This document shows, piece after piece, positions 1 to 12,705 of a DNA stretch of 64,000 nt. Below the pieces are notes generated by a model. The model was not told the origin of the DNA. It made no database searches and saw only the letters and a list, made by a program, of their open reading frames with translations. The position numbers and the translations under genes are program-made. Numbering within the stretch: position 1 is the stretch's first letter; every line of letters begins with the position of its first letter. This stretch comes from Octopus sinensis. Its lineage: Eukaryota. The stretch lies in NCBI RefSeq assembly GCF_006345805.1, contig NC_043017.1:17918001-17982000 (forward strand), in the 5' to 3' direction.

Positions 1-204
1 AGTTCTGCAGGTGTTGAGCACGTTTGTAGTTTTCAGCCTGGCAGTGAATAAGAGTGAAGAAAGACTGTCAACTTGCAGCGACCAAGTCTCCTGATTTTTG
101 GTTCTCTTGGTTTTTGAAAATCTCTATATTTACTATGACATTTTTTCATATCATGCAATGGTCTACCCAAACATTATATGTATTTATCTGTCTGTCTGTC
201 TGTA

Positions 205-1353
205 TGGGGTGGTATCAAAAAGTTCCCGGACTAGTTCTGTAGCACACCTATTTCTTTACTACCCACAAGGGGCTAAACACAGAGGGGACAAACAAGGACA
301 GACAAACGGACTAAATCGATTACATCGACCCCAGTGCGTAACTGGTACTTAATTTATCGACCCCGAAAGGATGAAAGGCAAAGTCGACCTCGGCGGAATT
401 TGAACTCAGAACGTAACGGCAGACGAAATACGGCTACACATTTCGTCCGGTGTGCTAACGTTTCTGCCAGCTCACCGCCTTCTGTAGCACACCAACAGAT
501 GGTAGTACATGGTTGTGTGCACAGTTGTGAGCTAGCAGTGACCTTCATGAGGCAGTGTACTGAGTGACATCACTGAGTTTACTCTGCAAGTTGTGAAATA
601 TGTGTTTCTGGGATCACATGTATGCTGTAGTCTGCAAATTTTGTCATGGACAAGAAGTTGGAACAAAATGCCAGTCTGAAATTTCGTGTTAAACTTGGGA
701 AGTCTGCTACAGAGACATTGAGTTATGCTTCAGTAAGCTTATGGCAACAAGGCATACGCAATGATTTGAGAGGCATGGGCACTTCAAAAGCAGGAGATCC
801 CTGGAAGACAATGGGGGATCTAGAAGATCCAAGAGCATCACCCCTGGAAATGTGGGGAAAATTCATCAGCTTGTGCATGATGAGGGTCAGAGGACAATCA
901 ATGACATTGCTGATGTTGTTAGTCTTTCATATGGGTCTGTGCAGGCAATCCTAACAACCGAAAAGAAATGGATTTTTCACGACAATCCAACCTGTCACTG
1001 AGCTCTCCTCACTTGTGAGTTTCTCACCAAAAACAACACGGTATTGCTTCCACACTCGTCCTATTCACCAGATTTAGCACCTGTTGACTTCCATCTCTTC
1101 CCCAAGATGAAAATGCAGCTCAAAGGTCACAGTTTTAACACTGTTGTGAAGATCAAGAGCGAATTGCGAAAGGTCTTTGACTTGCATATGGAAAACGACT
1201 TCAAGACTTGATTCCAAAAGTGACGGTAATACTGGGCAGTGGTGTGCTACTGCACAAGGTGACTATTTCAAAGGAGATGATGTTAAAACTTAGGTAAATA
1301 AGTTATTTTTTATTAAACATAACAAGTCCAGGAACCTTTGGAATACCACCTCA
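205..1353 (+). mobile_element. Mariner (Tc1/mariner) DNA transposon, internally deleted, non-coding
   Basis: About 31-bp TIRs (tggggtggtatcaaaaagttcccggactagtt at 205-236; aacaagtccaggaacctttggaataccacctca at 1321-1353) flanked by TA (203-204, 1354-1355). N-terminal transposase remnant EQNASLKFRVKLGKSATETL (646-954). C-terminal remnant WIFHDN...YSPDLAPVDFHLFPKMK (about 969-1230) with stops. Confidence 0.92.
249..479 (-). mobile_element. tRNA-type SINE, family A, inserted into the mariner
   Basis: Head GGCGGTGAGCTGGCAGAAACGTTAGC, B-box-like GAGTTCAAATTC, central GCCTTTCATCCTTTCGGGGTCGATAAA, tail GTAGTAAAGAAATA. 14-bp TSD ttctgtagcacacc at 235-248 and 480-493. Confidence 0.92.
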
Positions 1354-1368
1354 TACATACATAGTTAA

Positions 1369-1422
1369 CCTTGGATTCATCAATTTCTGGATTAGTCCAA
1401 TAACTTTTCCTCATCAGCAAGG
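1369..1422 (-). ncRNA. Hammerhead ribozyme fold (type I, PLE-associated)
   Basis: Minus strand reads CCTTG CTGATGA GGA(16 nt)TCC A GAAA TT GATG AA TC CAAGG: stem I CCTTG/CAAGG, intact CUGAUGA and GAAA, AUC triplet, one extra A before GAAA. Confidence 0.7.
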
Positions 1423-1799
1423 CATACTTGCGGAAATAAATGAGATATTTATACAGACCCACAGGAAAGCAAACGCAAAGCTATGATTGCATACAAATAC
1501 CACAAATACAACCGCTTTGAATTTCGTAGTCTACCTCAGCATATGTGTATCTGGTCAGAGTAGGTCAGAAGTGAATAGACTGTTCCGAAGTAAATGGAAA
1601 ATATTTTCAATTATAATAAAACTGTTATCAGTGGCCAGCATATAATATATACCTATTAAGGTGAATTCTTATATAGAGATTTATGATAGTATAAAATACA
1701 ATTATAATTAAGCGCATAGATGGTATCTATATAGGCATGGTCTTTTCTATGTGTTTAATTATAATTGTATTTTTAATGGTTTTATCCATTATTATTATG

Positions 1800-1854
1800 C
1801 CTTGCTGATGAGGAAAAGTTATTTGTACTAATCCAGAAATTGATCGATCCAAAG
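1800..1854 (+). ncRNA. Hammerhead ribozyme fold, inverted copy of 1369-1422
   Basis: CCTTG CTGATGA GGA(17 nt)TCC A GAAA TT GATC GA TC CAAAG; one stem I mismatch, palindromic GATC loop 3. Confidence 0.62.
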
Positions 1855-2699
1855 CTATTTTATGAATTTCTATGAGCCTACTCCCTCGATTTCAACACGT
1901 TGTGTGCTATAAAGTTGATAGTTTCTAAGTGGTCTGACGATTTAGCATCTACTTTCAGCATAGGCATGGTCTCTTCTATGCGCTTAATTATAATTTTATG
2001 TTGTACTATTATAAATATCTATATATAAATTCACCTTAATAGGTATATATTATATGCTGGCCACTGCTTTAATTGTTTTATGCTTTATTATTATATTATT
2101 ACATACCTATATATATAGGGAGAGAGTGCTAATAGTGAAGGATTATCAATCCAGGTAGAATACTTCATAAGCTCTCTGTTGGCACACCAGGCTAACAATA
2201 TTGTTTTGAATAGTGAAGAACTTCAAGTATTCTTTCGGTAGGGTGCAAGGTTATGGTTTATCACAATTCTATAGTGTAAATCTGCAGTTGGGTTCCAGAC
2301 AAACTGGTTTTTACAGAGTGATATATAAGACAAGTTGTAGATAATGGTCTTTACATATTTTTCCTTTATTGGAGCAAATTTGGCTTACAATTGTTTTCAG
2401 TAGTTATTATAGGTGTATTACTGACAGGTTTACTCAGTTGGTCTGTTGATCAGTTAAGAAAAATTGAATGACCTAAAGAAAATTAATGATACTTTCATCA
2501 GAGCCATTTCTGGTTATAACGAAGCAGAACACTGAAGGAATGATGAGTGCAGGGTAGGGAGGAAAAGATGGGAAGATACATGTAGAATATAGAAAAGGAG
2601 AAAGGGGTTACAAAGGGGTGAAGAGAAGTAACAAAAGGATAGAAAAAGGGGCCGCTTAACAGAAGCAGAGGTACAGGATGACCAAGATTTGGTAAAAAG

Positions 2700-3058
2700 A
2701 CAATCATAAACATCAATGTTTGTAATCAGGTTGACACAGATGAACATATTAGCATTGTTTATGACCTCAGGAAACATTTTTTCACGCTGAGAGTTGATGA
2801 AGCATGGAATAAACTGCCGGCATCAGTTGTTAGTTGTCGGAGCACTGCATCCTTCAAAACTTCCATGCTTTCTGAGATTTGCCAACCTACACCTGATTTT
2901 CTCCCCTCCATACACACACAGGCATGTATCTGACTCATACATTGTTCGCTTTCCAGACATTTTTACATTACTGCATGTACTTTATATGCACTTTCTGACA
3001 AGTTGTGGTGCACCTGAGCACTGTATACAATAATTTCATAATTTATTTATTTATTTAG
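2700..3058 (+). mobile_element. CR1/L2-type LINE 3' end
   Basis: DLRKHFFTLRVDEAWNKLPASVVSC (RT C-terminal motif) followed by a 3' UTR and an (ATTT)n tail. Confidence 0.75.
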
Positions 3059-3844
3059 ATATTCTCCGAATGTTGAAATGTTATTACCAGTTTGAATATG
3101 CTAGTGGCACATGCTAACTTTTAAATAAGCCTTTCACTGTGTTTTTGCCATGAAGAAAATTTCTCACTGTAGACAAATCGTGTAAATTCCCCTACATCAG
3201 CTCACAACACCACCTATCAAGACTGTGAGATGCAAGCATTTTGAGGTGGTTATCTCCTCTTCAGTCACAGAAACCGTATGGTGGCATTCTAAGCGGTTAA
3301 GAGGGACAATTTCTCTTATGCTATTCCAGTCATTGTACATTGGTTGGTAGCACTAATCGGTAGCTCACGGTAAACAAATTATGGGGTGGGATCACTAAGC
3401 AGTGATATGTATAAATCCAATGTTATTACCAGATCAAATATGCCAGTGGCACGTTCAGATTTGTAAATAAGCCAATTTCTTGCTGTAGACAAACAGTGTA
3501 AATACACCTAAATCTCCAATGTTGTGTTCAAATTCGATATGGGCCATTTATACACATGGTCAACCTAAGTAACATAGGAGGTAGAAGCAGAGTCTTTAGG
3601 AATCACATAGATGGGAGAGGAAGAGCTTAAGAGTTGAATAGAGGGGGAAAAGAGAGTCTATATGAGTCATGTAGAAGGTAGGGGGTGATTGTAGGAGTCA
3701 CATAGAAGGGAGAGTCTATAGGAGGTGTGTAGAAGATAGAAAGATGATGTATATTCTCCAGCACTTTTAAGCCATTTCCTGTTAAATAATTCCAATCTAT
3801 TGTCCAGTTAACCATGAACCAATAATATTTTGATTATATTTCAG

Positions 3845-3899
3845 GATTACACGTAGTCAGTTGGAATTTTTTAGAATGCTAGATGAAAAAATTGCTCAG
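3845..3899 (+). CDS. C1orf21: Penultimate coding exon of a C1orf21-like (DUF4612) gene
   Basis: Acceptor tattttcag (AG at 3843-3844), donor gtgagt at 3900. 55 nt, phase 2 to 0, encodes ITRSQLEFFRMLDEKIAQ, matching from memory human C1orf21 ISESQQEFFRMLDEKIEK. Confidence 0.88.
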
Positions 3900-4229
3900 G
3901 TGAGTTGATCTAGGTTTTTTTGTCTGCTTTGTATTATAATTTTGTTTTAATATTGAATTAGTGGGGTTGAGTTAGTGAATATTGTTGTTCAGCCCCTATA
4001 AGTGTATGTATACACACACACACATACAAACTATATATAATATATTGTATATGTTTATGTTTTATACACAAACTAAAATAATACATGTATATTATTTAGC
4101 AACAGCAAGAAAGGGTACTCAACATAGGAGCATATTTACATTTGCCCTTACCTTCTCCCTTTCAGGTGTCTTCTCTCTAATTACTTATATCATAGACCAA
4201 AGCTATCATGGAATACACTTGCTCATGGT

Positions 4230-4810
4230 TTGGTCCTAGACCATGAGTTTCAGCTACCTCCCTGGTAAACTGAGTTCCAAGCACAGTTTGGTATTTTTTC
4301 CCATTTAGCTGAACCTTATAAATCTTAATCCCCCTCTCTCGTAGGCATCCGTCAGTCTCAACAGACAATGGATCTGCACCTGAAGAAACTGTGTCAGCTG
4401 CTGATAGCAATGCAGCATCTATTGTGGCTATATAGGCCCACACAGGAGTGACCGTCACACATACAGCAACTGCACTGGAAGGAACTCTCTACCAGCACTA
4501 CTGGTTTTTCCTTCCTTCAAGTGCTCTTGAAGAAGAGCCATCATATTGAATGACGCCTTTCATATCCGTGTGAAATGATTGAACAATCTTGAGGAGTCTT
4601 GGAGGACAGCCAATCTTGGCAAGGATTTTGAACTGGCCGTCTCTACTGACTAGGTCCAAAGCCTTTGTACCTTTGCTCTTGGCATTTCTCCTGACGATGG
4701 TGGAGCATTCTGATCTGAAACCACACTGAGATTCAGGGTATACCCTCCCAGCGATTTCCTGTAGTCTTCTTTTTTTTTTCCCCCGAACAAAAATAAGAGG
4801 TTTAGGGTAC
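4230..4810 (-). mobile_element. RTE-clade LINE RT fragment
   Basis: VYPESQCGFRS...KILAKIGCPPRLLKIVQSFHTDMKG in ORF 4498-4812; frameshifted and deleted. Confidence 0.75.
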
Positions 4811-5437
4811 ATTAGGCATCCGTAATGTATGTCATTTGAAAGGTATTTCTATACAACTTCATTAAAAAGATATTTATTCTCCTCAAAGTTATGGGAGAAA
4901 ACCTCGGATCTTGTGAATTTTCGAATTCCTCTCCTCACTCCCTCGGAAGAGATTTTACTCACAAATTTCTTTATAACTGTAATATATGCCGTTTGAAATG
5001 TATTTATATAAGATTTCATCAAGCAAAACCCATTTTCCTAAAAGTTATTAGGGAAGAACTCGGATCTTGTGAATTTTCCGAAGTCCTCTTCCCTGGGTAA
5101 TATTGTAAATATTAAGCGACCACGCTCGGTCTGCAAGAAACAGCTTAGACGTATGTGCATAATAATACATTGCTATGTTAGATATTGAATCAATCTAGTG
5201 GAGGTAAAAAAAGAGCAAACTTACTGTTGAAATGTTTCAAAGTCCGTCTCTAAGGTCCATATAGAGAAACTAATATAATTTATAATGGTTGTATACTGTC
5301 AATTTAACGCGACAGTAGGGGATTACACCACCGCTGTTTAGCCCTAGGAAGCATCGACGCTTCCTGTCGGCTTCGACACACTGTGTCCTTATATATTTAC
5401 GAAGGGGAGACAAACACCCCCAACAGCTAGGCCTGCA

Positions 5438-5484
5438 TCTAGAGACACGCATGTTTCAGGGTCTTTGCCCATCATCGGTCTAGA
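5438..5484 (-). ncRNA. Minimal hammerhead ribozyme fold, one core substitution
   Basis: TCTAGA CCGATGA T GGG CAAAGA CCC T GAAA CA TGCG TG TC TCTAGA: 6-bp stem I, GUC triplet, U4>C change. Confidence 0.6.
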
Positions 5485-6075
5485 GTAGCATAAGCCTGCT
5501 AGCTGCGGATATATTTCACTGAAAATTAAATATAATTTAGCTGTCACAATTTATCCTATCCTTTTTCATAAAAGGATTAAGACCGCTCATTATGTTATCT
5601 CAGGTTGTCTCCCTTATCAACAGGAGTACAAGAATTACCTCCCTCTAATAGAACATTTTTTTTTTTTTCTGCCAATAAATTTCACCACGCTCGCTCCATC
5701 AGCCAAATTTATAATGTGACATCTAAAATATACGTTTAATGATATAATCTAAGAAACCCTTTTGATAATAGAGTCTACTTTGGGCTAGACAAAATAATAA
5801 TTTTAATTTTGTTTTTATAGAATTATTTAAAAAGTTTATTTTATCAGAATTTCTTACAATTTAAAATAAATATTATTTTGACTTAAAAGAATTTATTTTA
5901 GTTATTTTAGCTTTGACTTCATTTGTTCTGGCACCCCCATCTCTACCGTCTTTATCCTTCCTACTTATTCCCACCTATCACATATGCTCCTCTCTCATTC
6001 TTTAGCCTTTGAACACTCGGTATAAAACCACATTCCCCTCTAAAATACTCCCCATACATGCTCTTAGTACTCTTT

Positions 6076-6446
6076 TTATTTGTTTGTGTCATCTGACTGT
6101 AGCCATGCTGGAGCACCGCCTTTAGTCGAGAAAATCGACCCAGGACTTATTCTTTGGAAGCCTAGTACTTATTCTATTGGACTCTTTTGCCGAACCGCTA
6201 AGTCACGGGGACCTAAACACACCAGCATCGGTTGTCAAGCGATGTTGGGGGGGGGGGGGCAAACACAGACACACACATACATATATATATATACATATAT
6301 ACGACGGGCTTCTTTCAGTTTCCGTCTACCAAATCCACCCACAAGGCTTTGGTCAGCCCCAGGCTATAGGTGCCACGCAGTGGGACTGAACCCGGAACCA
6401 TGTGGTTCGCAAGCAAGCTACTTACCACACAGCCACTCCTATGCCT
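6076..6446 (-). mobile_element. tRNA-type SINE, family B (head, CORE-like middle, microsatellite, 3' tail)
   Basis: Head GGAGTGGCTGTGTGGTAAG with GGTTCAGTCCC B-box; shared with copies at about 27690-27835, 46170-46325, 49222-49610, 50677-51055 and 57300-57490. Confidence 0.85.
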
Positions 6447-7097
6447 AGCAGAAAATTTTTCCTTTTCCATTTACTCCATCCTTTTTCTGTCTTGTAACTT
6501 GACATTAGAGATTGATGCTGCTCCCATGGATTGCTAGATCATTTCAAACAGTCCAACCCATACCAGCATGGAAAACGAATGTTAAATGATGATGATGTAT
6601 TTTATTCTGAAATTATAAGAAATTATGGCAGAATTCTGCTTTATGCACGGCATATAACTCCTTCAAATTTTTTTATATTTTGGAATTTTCAGAAAATATT
6701 TGGAAATTTGTGTTCTACACATGGGAATTCATACAACTATGCAAAAAAAAAAATGGTGTTTGTTTTTTGATTTTTCAAAATTAAACAAAAATTTTTTTCC
6801 AAACTTTTTTCTTTTAAATCACAGTTTAAAATACAGGCTTATGGGGAGAAAGATATTGACAGCACTTGTTGGATTCTATAGGATTAAGTGATCCCTTACT
6901 TGAAAAAACTGGTCAGGAAGAGCATCTGGCTGTAAAATATAATGTTTTCCCAACATTCTATGTCTGCATATGTATTCATGCATGGAAAAATATATGGTAG
7001 TAAGTGAATGAATGAATGTGTGTGTGTGTGTACGTGCATACATATACACATTATATATATGTATATATATTTTGATATTTTTCTATTTTTGTTTCAG

Positions 7098-7130
7098 GGC
7101 AAAGATTACTGCTCTGAAGAGGAAACGTAG
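7098..7130 (+). CDS. C1orf21: Terminal coding exon of the C1orf21-like gene
   Basis: Acceptor ctatttttgtttcag, phase 0, GKDYCSEEET* (stop 7128-7130), continuing the human GRDYCSEEEDIT* pattern; followed by AT-rich UTR-like sequence with AATAAA hexamers. Confidence 0.88.
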   Translation, partial: GKDYCSEEET

Positions 7131-10100
7131 CAGATGTCCAGTGGGTGACTAGCACAGGCTTTATGTGGGTTCCCTTTCTGACGGCACTTCCAAATCAAAA
7201 CAAAACAAAACAATCATTTTAAACAACAACAGTAATAATTATAGTAATAATAATAATAATAACAACAACTAACACAAAGACTGGAGACAACTAAAAGCCC
7301 AGCCACTATTCAGCCAGCATTCAGTTCGACCCTACCTATGACAGAGCTTTCATATCTCTCTTTGACTTTTACATTGCCATCTGCAATACCAATAGCTTTA
7401 AAAGCTTGCTCGTAACAATTTAATCATGATGATGATGATAATAATGATGATATTGACAATAATAAGGAATTATAGTAATTTAAGTTTTATACACATACAC
7501 TCACATATATGTCCATATATGCATGTGTGTGTGTGTCTATATACATATATGTATATGTGTGTGTGTATAAATATATATAAACACACATATAGCCACTTTA
7601 AGCATACAAGCCAACAAACAAAAAAATCCAAACAGTATTCTCTTTCGTCAATATAATTCTCCAGGAGTGATGTTAGCACCAGCATTATCATTGTCATCAC
7701 CATCACCCCACCACACACACACACACACACACACACACTACTGTACTCTCAATACCACACCATACATTTCTTGAATAAAACAACAAAACTTTTAAAAGAA
7801 TTGTGAAAAATTTGTTAAAAATGGAATTCTCCCAATTTCAAAGGAAAGAAACTTAGGAAGAGAACTAAGTAAAAGTGAACAAAAGAATAAAGAAAATAAA
7901 GAAAGAAAGAATGAATGAAGGAAAATAGAATGACAGAAAGGAAAGAAGAAAGAGTGTAGAAGAGATTTTCTATTTAAAGCCAACATTTTCACAAATATTG
8001 TGAATGAAGAACTGAAGAAAGAAGAAATTCTTCGTGTCTGCTACCCTGATTTTATATGTCTAAAAGAATTCTTTGAGACTGTTCTGACTCTTTGCTGCCA
8101 TAGTTTACTAAAAAGACGTGCAATATATATTCTTTGGAAGTTTCTAACCCTAACCCTTCACCTGAAAGAAATCTAAAAGCAACAAAATTTCTTGTGTTTT
8201 TTTTTTATTCCTTTTTTTACCTCCTCTTCATCACTACTACTACTATTCACCTTCATCTTCAGATTGGGGGAAATCTTTGTGTGGCCTGTTGACATGCTAG
8301 AAACAAGTAGTCAAGTACCTTCCTTAAACCCTACCTTTTACCCAATTGTCTTAAATAAGCATAAACATTAGACAAAGTTTATGAAACTTTAAATGGAACG
8401 GTTTTGATCATAGATATACTCAATCGGGACTGACCTGCCCGTGGTTATACAATAACAGCAACATTTTTACTCCATTTCTCTGACTTACTGTTTTAATTAG
8501 GTTGAAATAAATTCCAACCTAAAACACTGGAACTTAACATGTTACATCTTCATTCCATCCTTTCATTCCAACTCCACAACCCATCATCCGAACCATTCCC
8601 CTGCATCAACCTCTCTTCTTAATTGAACAGATTTTCTTTTTCTATTTGCTTGTTGTTATAAATCTTTAAAAGTTGTTTGTGTTACTCCCTTTGACATTTT
8701 CCCCCTTGTGCCATTCCTTTTCTTTGATCTCAAACCACATCACATTGATAATAACTCTAGCATATTTACTAGGTGCACGCAACGCTGCAGGCTTCAGAAG
8801 TTTGAGACCATGTGGTTTCTGGTTCAATCCCACTGCATGGCAAATGTCTTTTCCTACAGTTTCATTGAGTGAAATTTTGAGACTTTACCAGAGCTGGTCA
8901 TAGCTGTGTATGCTTGTCTGCATGTGTGTGTGTTTGTTTTCACTTGTCTTTTCCAATTCACCACAGGGGCAGTGTTTCTGTTCTGCCACTGCTGTGATTC
9001 CAAGTGTGGCAATCCCAATGGAATAAAGTAGCTGACTTGAAACAAGTGTGGAATGGCACCAACAGTGGCAAGTTTTGTACAGTCCATGCCATCTTGGAAA
9101 AGCAAGGATGATGAATGTGTGTGTGTATGGTGATGAATATGATATGATGTGTGATATGTATGTGATGATGAATATCATATGGGATAACAAACAAAAATCA
9201 TTCACCCATCAACCACTCACTTTCTCAAAACAAAAATCCCCATTAAAAAAAGAAATATATTTATTTAAGATCTCACGCAAACCTGTGTTGAAATTATTTG
9301 GGGGAGAAGAGAGACACACACAGACACACAGACAGAAATATCACTTTTTTTGCTTTTTTTTAACTATTTTTTTAAAATTGAGGTAAAAATGTTAAAAATG
9401 TTAATTTCAAAAAATAATTTTAAAAATAGATAAAAAGAGAAAGTTTATTGCATGGATGAGAGATAATTAGAAAGAAATAATTGAGATGTTAAAAAGAACA
9501 ATAACAGATAAAATGAAGGGGCTGGTGTGATTTTTTTTTTTTTTAGGATGGAACTGCAATGAGGAAGGAAAATGTTATTTTGGTCTGTTTTAAACCTATA
9601 AAACTTGTTGGCGAGTTTTTTGTTTTTGTTTTTAGCAAAGATGAGAGAGAAAAGAATATATTAAATACAACAACAGTAAATGTGTTTGGAGATTTCTTTT
9701 TTCTAAATCTAACAAAAAAAAAACGTCTTTTTTTGAGACGTGAAATAGCTCAATGTGATACGATATTAAAAATTTTAAAAAAACATTTTTTTAAAGAAAA
9801 AAGCAAATTACAAACTGATTTTAACTTTTAAGTGATATGATGGTGATGATAATGTTGATAATAATGATAATAATAATAATAATAATAATAATTGAATAAA
9901 GTTGAGATGGTGACGAAAATTTAAATAGAGAAATAAAAATTAACAGTTGATCCCATCCCAACTTCTCTTTCTCCCCACACAGTAAATAACAAAAATACCT
10001 GCCACAAAAAGAACTGTTTCTTTTTTCTTTAGTTTTAGGGTTTGTTCTGTTGATACATTAAATAAAAAAAAAGTGATTAAAGAGAAAAAACAAGAAAAAA

Positions 10101-10846
10101 GGGTGAAAATTGTGATTTTTTTTTTCTTTGAATATTGAAAAAAAAAGCAAATATATCTATTTGATTTTTAACCATCTTTTCCTTCAAAGGTTAATCATTT
10201 TGCTTGTAACAAAACCAAAAAATATGCTACACATTTTCTCACACACATTCACTGCTAAAAGACAAAAGCAGTTGTTGCCCCAATCTCCAGTCCTTCACAT
10301 GACAGAGAGTTCCGTCACTTTAGTTCATTCATATTATATTGACATTATTTTTGTGTCCCTTTTTTTAATTTTTTTTTTCCATTGCATCATCAACAACAAT
10401 CACAATTGTTACAATCTACTGATATTTCCTCAGTAAATCTTGTTTCCAGCTTTCTGTTGGTCATTGTATCTACTCGGACCACAAACAGGATGTCGACACG
10501 TGTGACTGTTGCTACATGTCTAAATCTAAAGATGAATCCATGTGGTCAGACTACATTAAAATTTATATTTATTTCATATGTAAATGTGTGCATGTTTTCT
10601 TGAATGTAATTGCATTAATATTTGTTGCATGCATTATGTGTCTTGTATGTATGTGTGTATAAAACTGCATTAACATTAGCTACATGCATTATGTATGTGT
10701 ATAATATGTGTGTTTGTATATGCATGTAGATATATATAGTTTGGTGGGTTGAAAATGCATTTGAGTCTTAAAAGAAATTGTAGTTTTAAAATTTTGTGAC
10801 AAATTCGACATTTTATTTTTGTTTTGTTTTGTAATGGCAAATACAA

Positions 10847-12705
10847 AAAAGTTTAGGAGAGATTGAAAGTACAATATTTATTAAGCTTCACAGAGAAAAA
10901 CAGTAATACAGGTTCAGATGTTCAATGAATTTCATAACAGTCATATGTGATCGAAAGTTCAATAACATTGAGTTATATTAACAATATAACTCAAGTTATA
11001 AGTTTTTAAAAGAGTCAGGAAAAAAAAAGGAAAGAAACAAAAAAGGATTTTTTAACGATTTCTTTCATAGTGCATGAAAGAGGATTCTTTGTTACTGGTA
11101 TTGCTGGCAAGCTGGCAGAAACGTTAGCACGCCAGGCGAAATGCTTTGCGGTATTTCGTCTGCTGCTACATTCTGAGTTCAAATTCTGCCGAGGTTGACT
11201 TTGCCTTTCATCCTTTCGGGGTCGATTAAATAAGTACCAGTTATGCAATGAGGTCGATATAATCGACTTAATCCATTTGTCCTTGTTTGTCCCCTCTGTG
11301 TTTAGCCCCTTGTGGTCAGTAAAGAAATAGGTATTGCTGGTGAGAGCTTAAATACCCTGTCGATTTAATCAATAATAAAATTGAACATGCAAAACAATTG
11401 ACATCCAAGAATTATGAAAAACAAGAGAACCCCTTGATACACTTAGCACTTGACCTTATGTGTCAACACACAATCCAACATGGAAGCATGCAATATCAAG
11501 CCATCAGAATATACACCCTTTTGATGAGTAACCTGCAAATGAAAAAAGAACTTGAGGCACATAAAATTATTAAAAGTAAAACACAACCTAAGTCCCTAAA
11601 AAATCTACCCACTAGAGTCAAATTACCTGTCAAAATATAACCCCAGTAGTAAAAAAAATGTAACCGCTTTAATCGCATCAACTTTATGGAAGGTTCACCG
11701 TGTCAATTCAATTCCGAGCAAACATTACTTATAAAAATCTGTTCACCTGTACACTGAGGAACTTAATTTATATACCCAAATGCAGCAGGTGTGGTGGGGA
11801 TTACACAGGTCAAATGAGCTTGACTTTGAAGGACAGAATGACAGTACACAGGCAACAGATTCAGGACCCCACAACTAGGAAAATTCCCATAAGATCTGTG
11901 CCCCGTGTCTAAAATATCAAATTTTCCCTGTGTGTCAAAGCACTGGAATCACCTGCCCAATTCTGATTGAATAAAAAAAATATATTTAAAGAATATAAAC
12001 CACAACTGAATTACCCTGTAACAATACACCAGAATGGGAAAACTCAGTTTATTCCTGAAAAATTACTAGAAACAACAAACATAAATTAAAAGTTTAAGTA
12101 ACGGATTCAAAACCCTAACTTCAAGCCACTGTACAATTACACCTTGCACTTTCTCAAACACCAGTTGCTGTTGTCACTTCAGGCTAAAACAGATTTTCTA
12201 GTCAAAGCCGGACCCTCAGGAAAAAAAAACAAACATTCAATTAACAGAGACCAGTGGCTTCTTAAAGAAATCAATCAATCAGAGCACTGATCAAAGACAA
12301 GTGACATATTCCGGTAGCCAGCCAACCAAAATGGCAGAAAAAGCAAGTCACATCATTAAATTTGAACCTATACCTTAAAAACCTATATTTACAAACAATT
12401 TCAGCTTTAAACAGTTCAGTCTATCATCAGGGAACTAGTGACAAAGAATTCTCCTTCATGCACTATGACAGAAATATCTTTAATTTTTATTCTTTTAATA
12501 ACCTCATCCTATCTTATTGTTAACATAACTCAATGTTACTGAATTTTCAATTTTATATGTCTTATGAAATTCATTGAAAATTTAAACATGTATTACTGTC
12601 TATGTCTGTGAAACTTACTGAATATTGGAATTTGTATGAACATTTGATTTTTTAAATATGTTTTTCTGAATTTTCCTTTGTACCTTCAATCTCTCCTAAA
12701 CTTTT
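10847..12705 (+). mobile_element. Penelope-like element remnant with inverted terminal segments
   Basis: GIY-YIG-like NLIYIPKCSRCGGDYTGQ...RMTVHRQQI (11700-11912) and KTQPKSLK linker; about 250-bp diverged inverted repeat 10847-11096 vs 12435-12705. Confidence 0.7.
11108..11329 (+). mobile_element. SINE family A
   Basis: Family A head, body and tail; TSD ggtattgctgg at 11097-11107 and 11330-11340. Confidence 0.9.

Larger units (their letters stand above)
1360..2500. mobile_element. Degraded Penelope-like element end with nested inverted pseudo-LTR segments
   Basis: Inverted pairs at about 1369-1426/1796-1854 and about 1630-1720/1975-2066; faint GIY-YIG-like translation (IIYNL...CKNQF...DLHYRI) on the minus strand at about 2250-2360. 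Confidence 0.5.
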
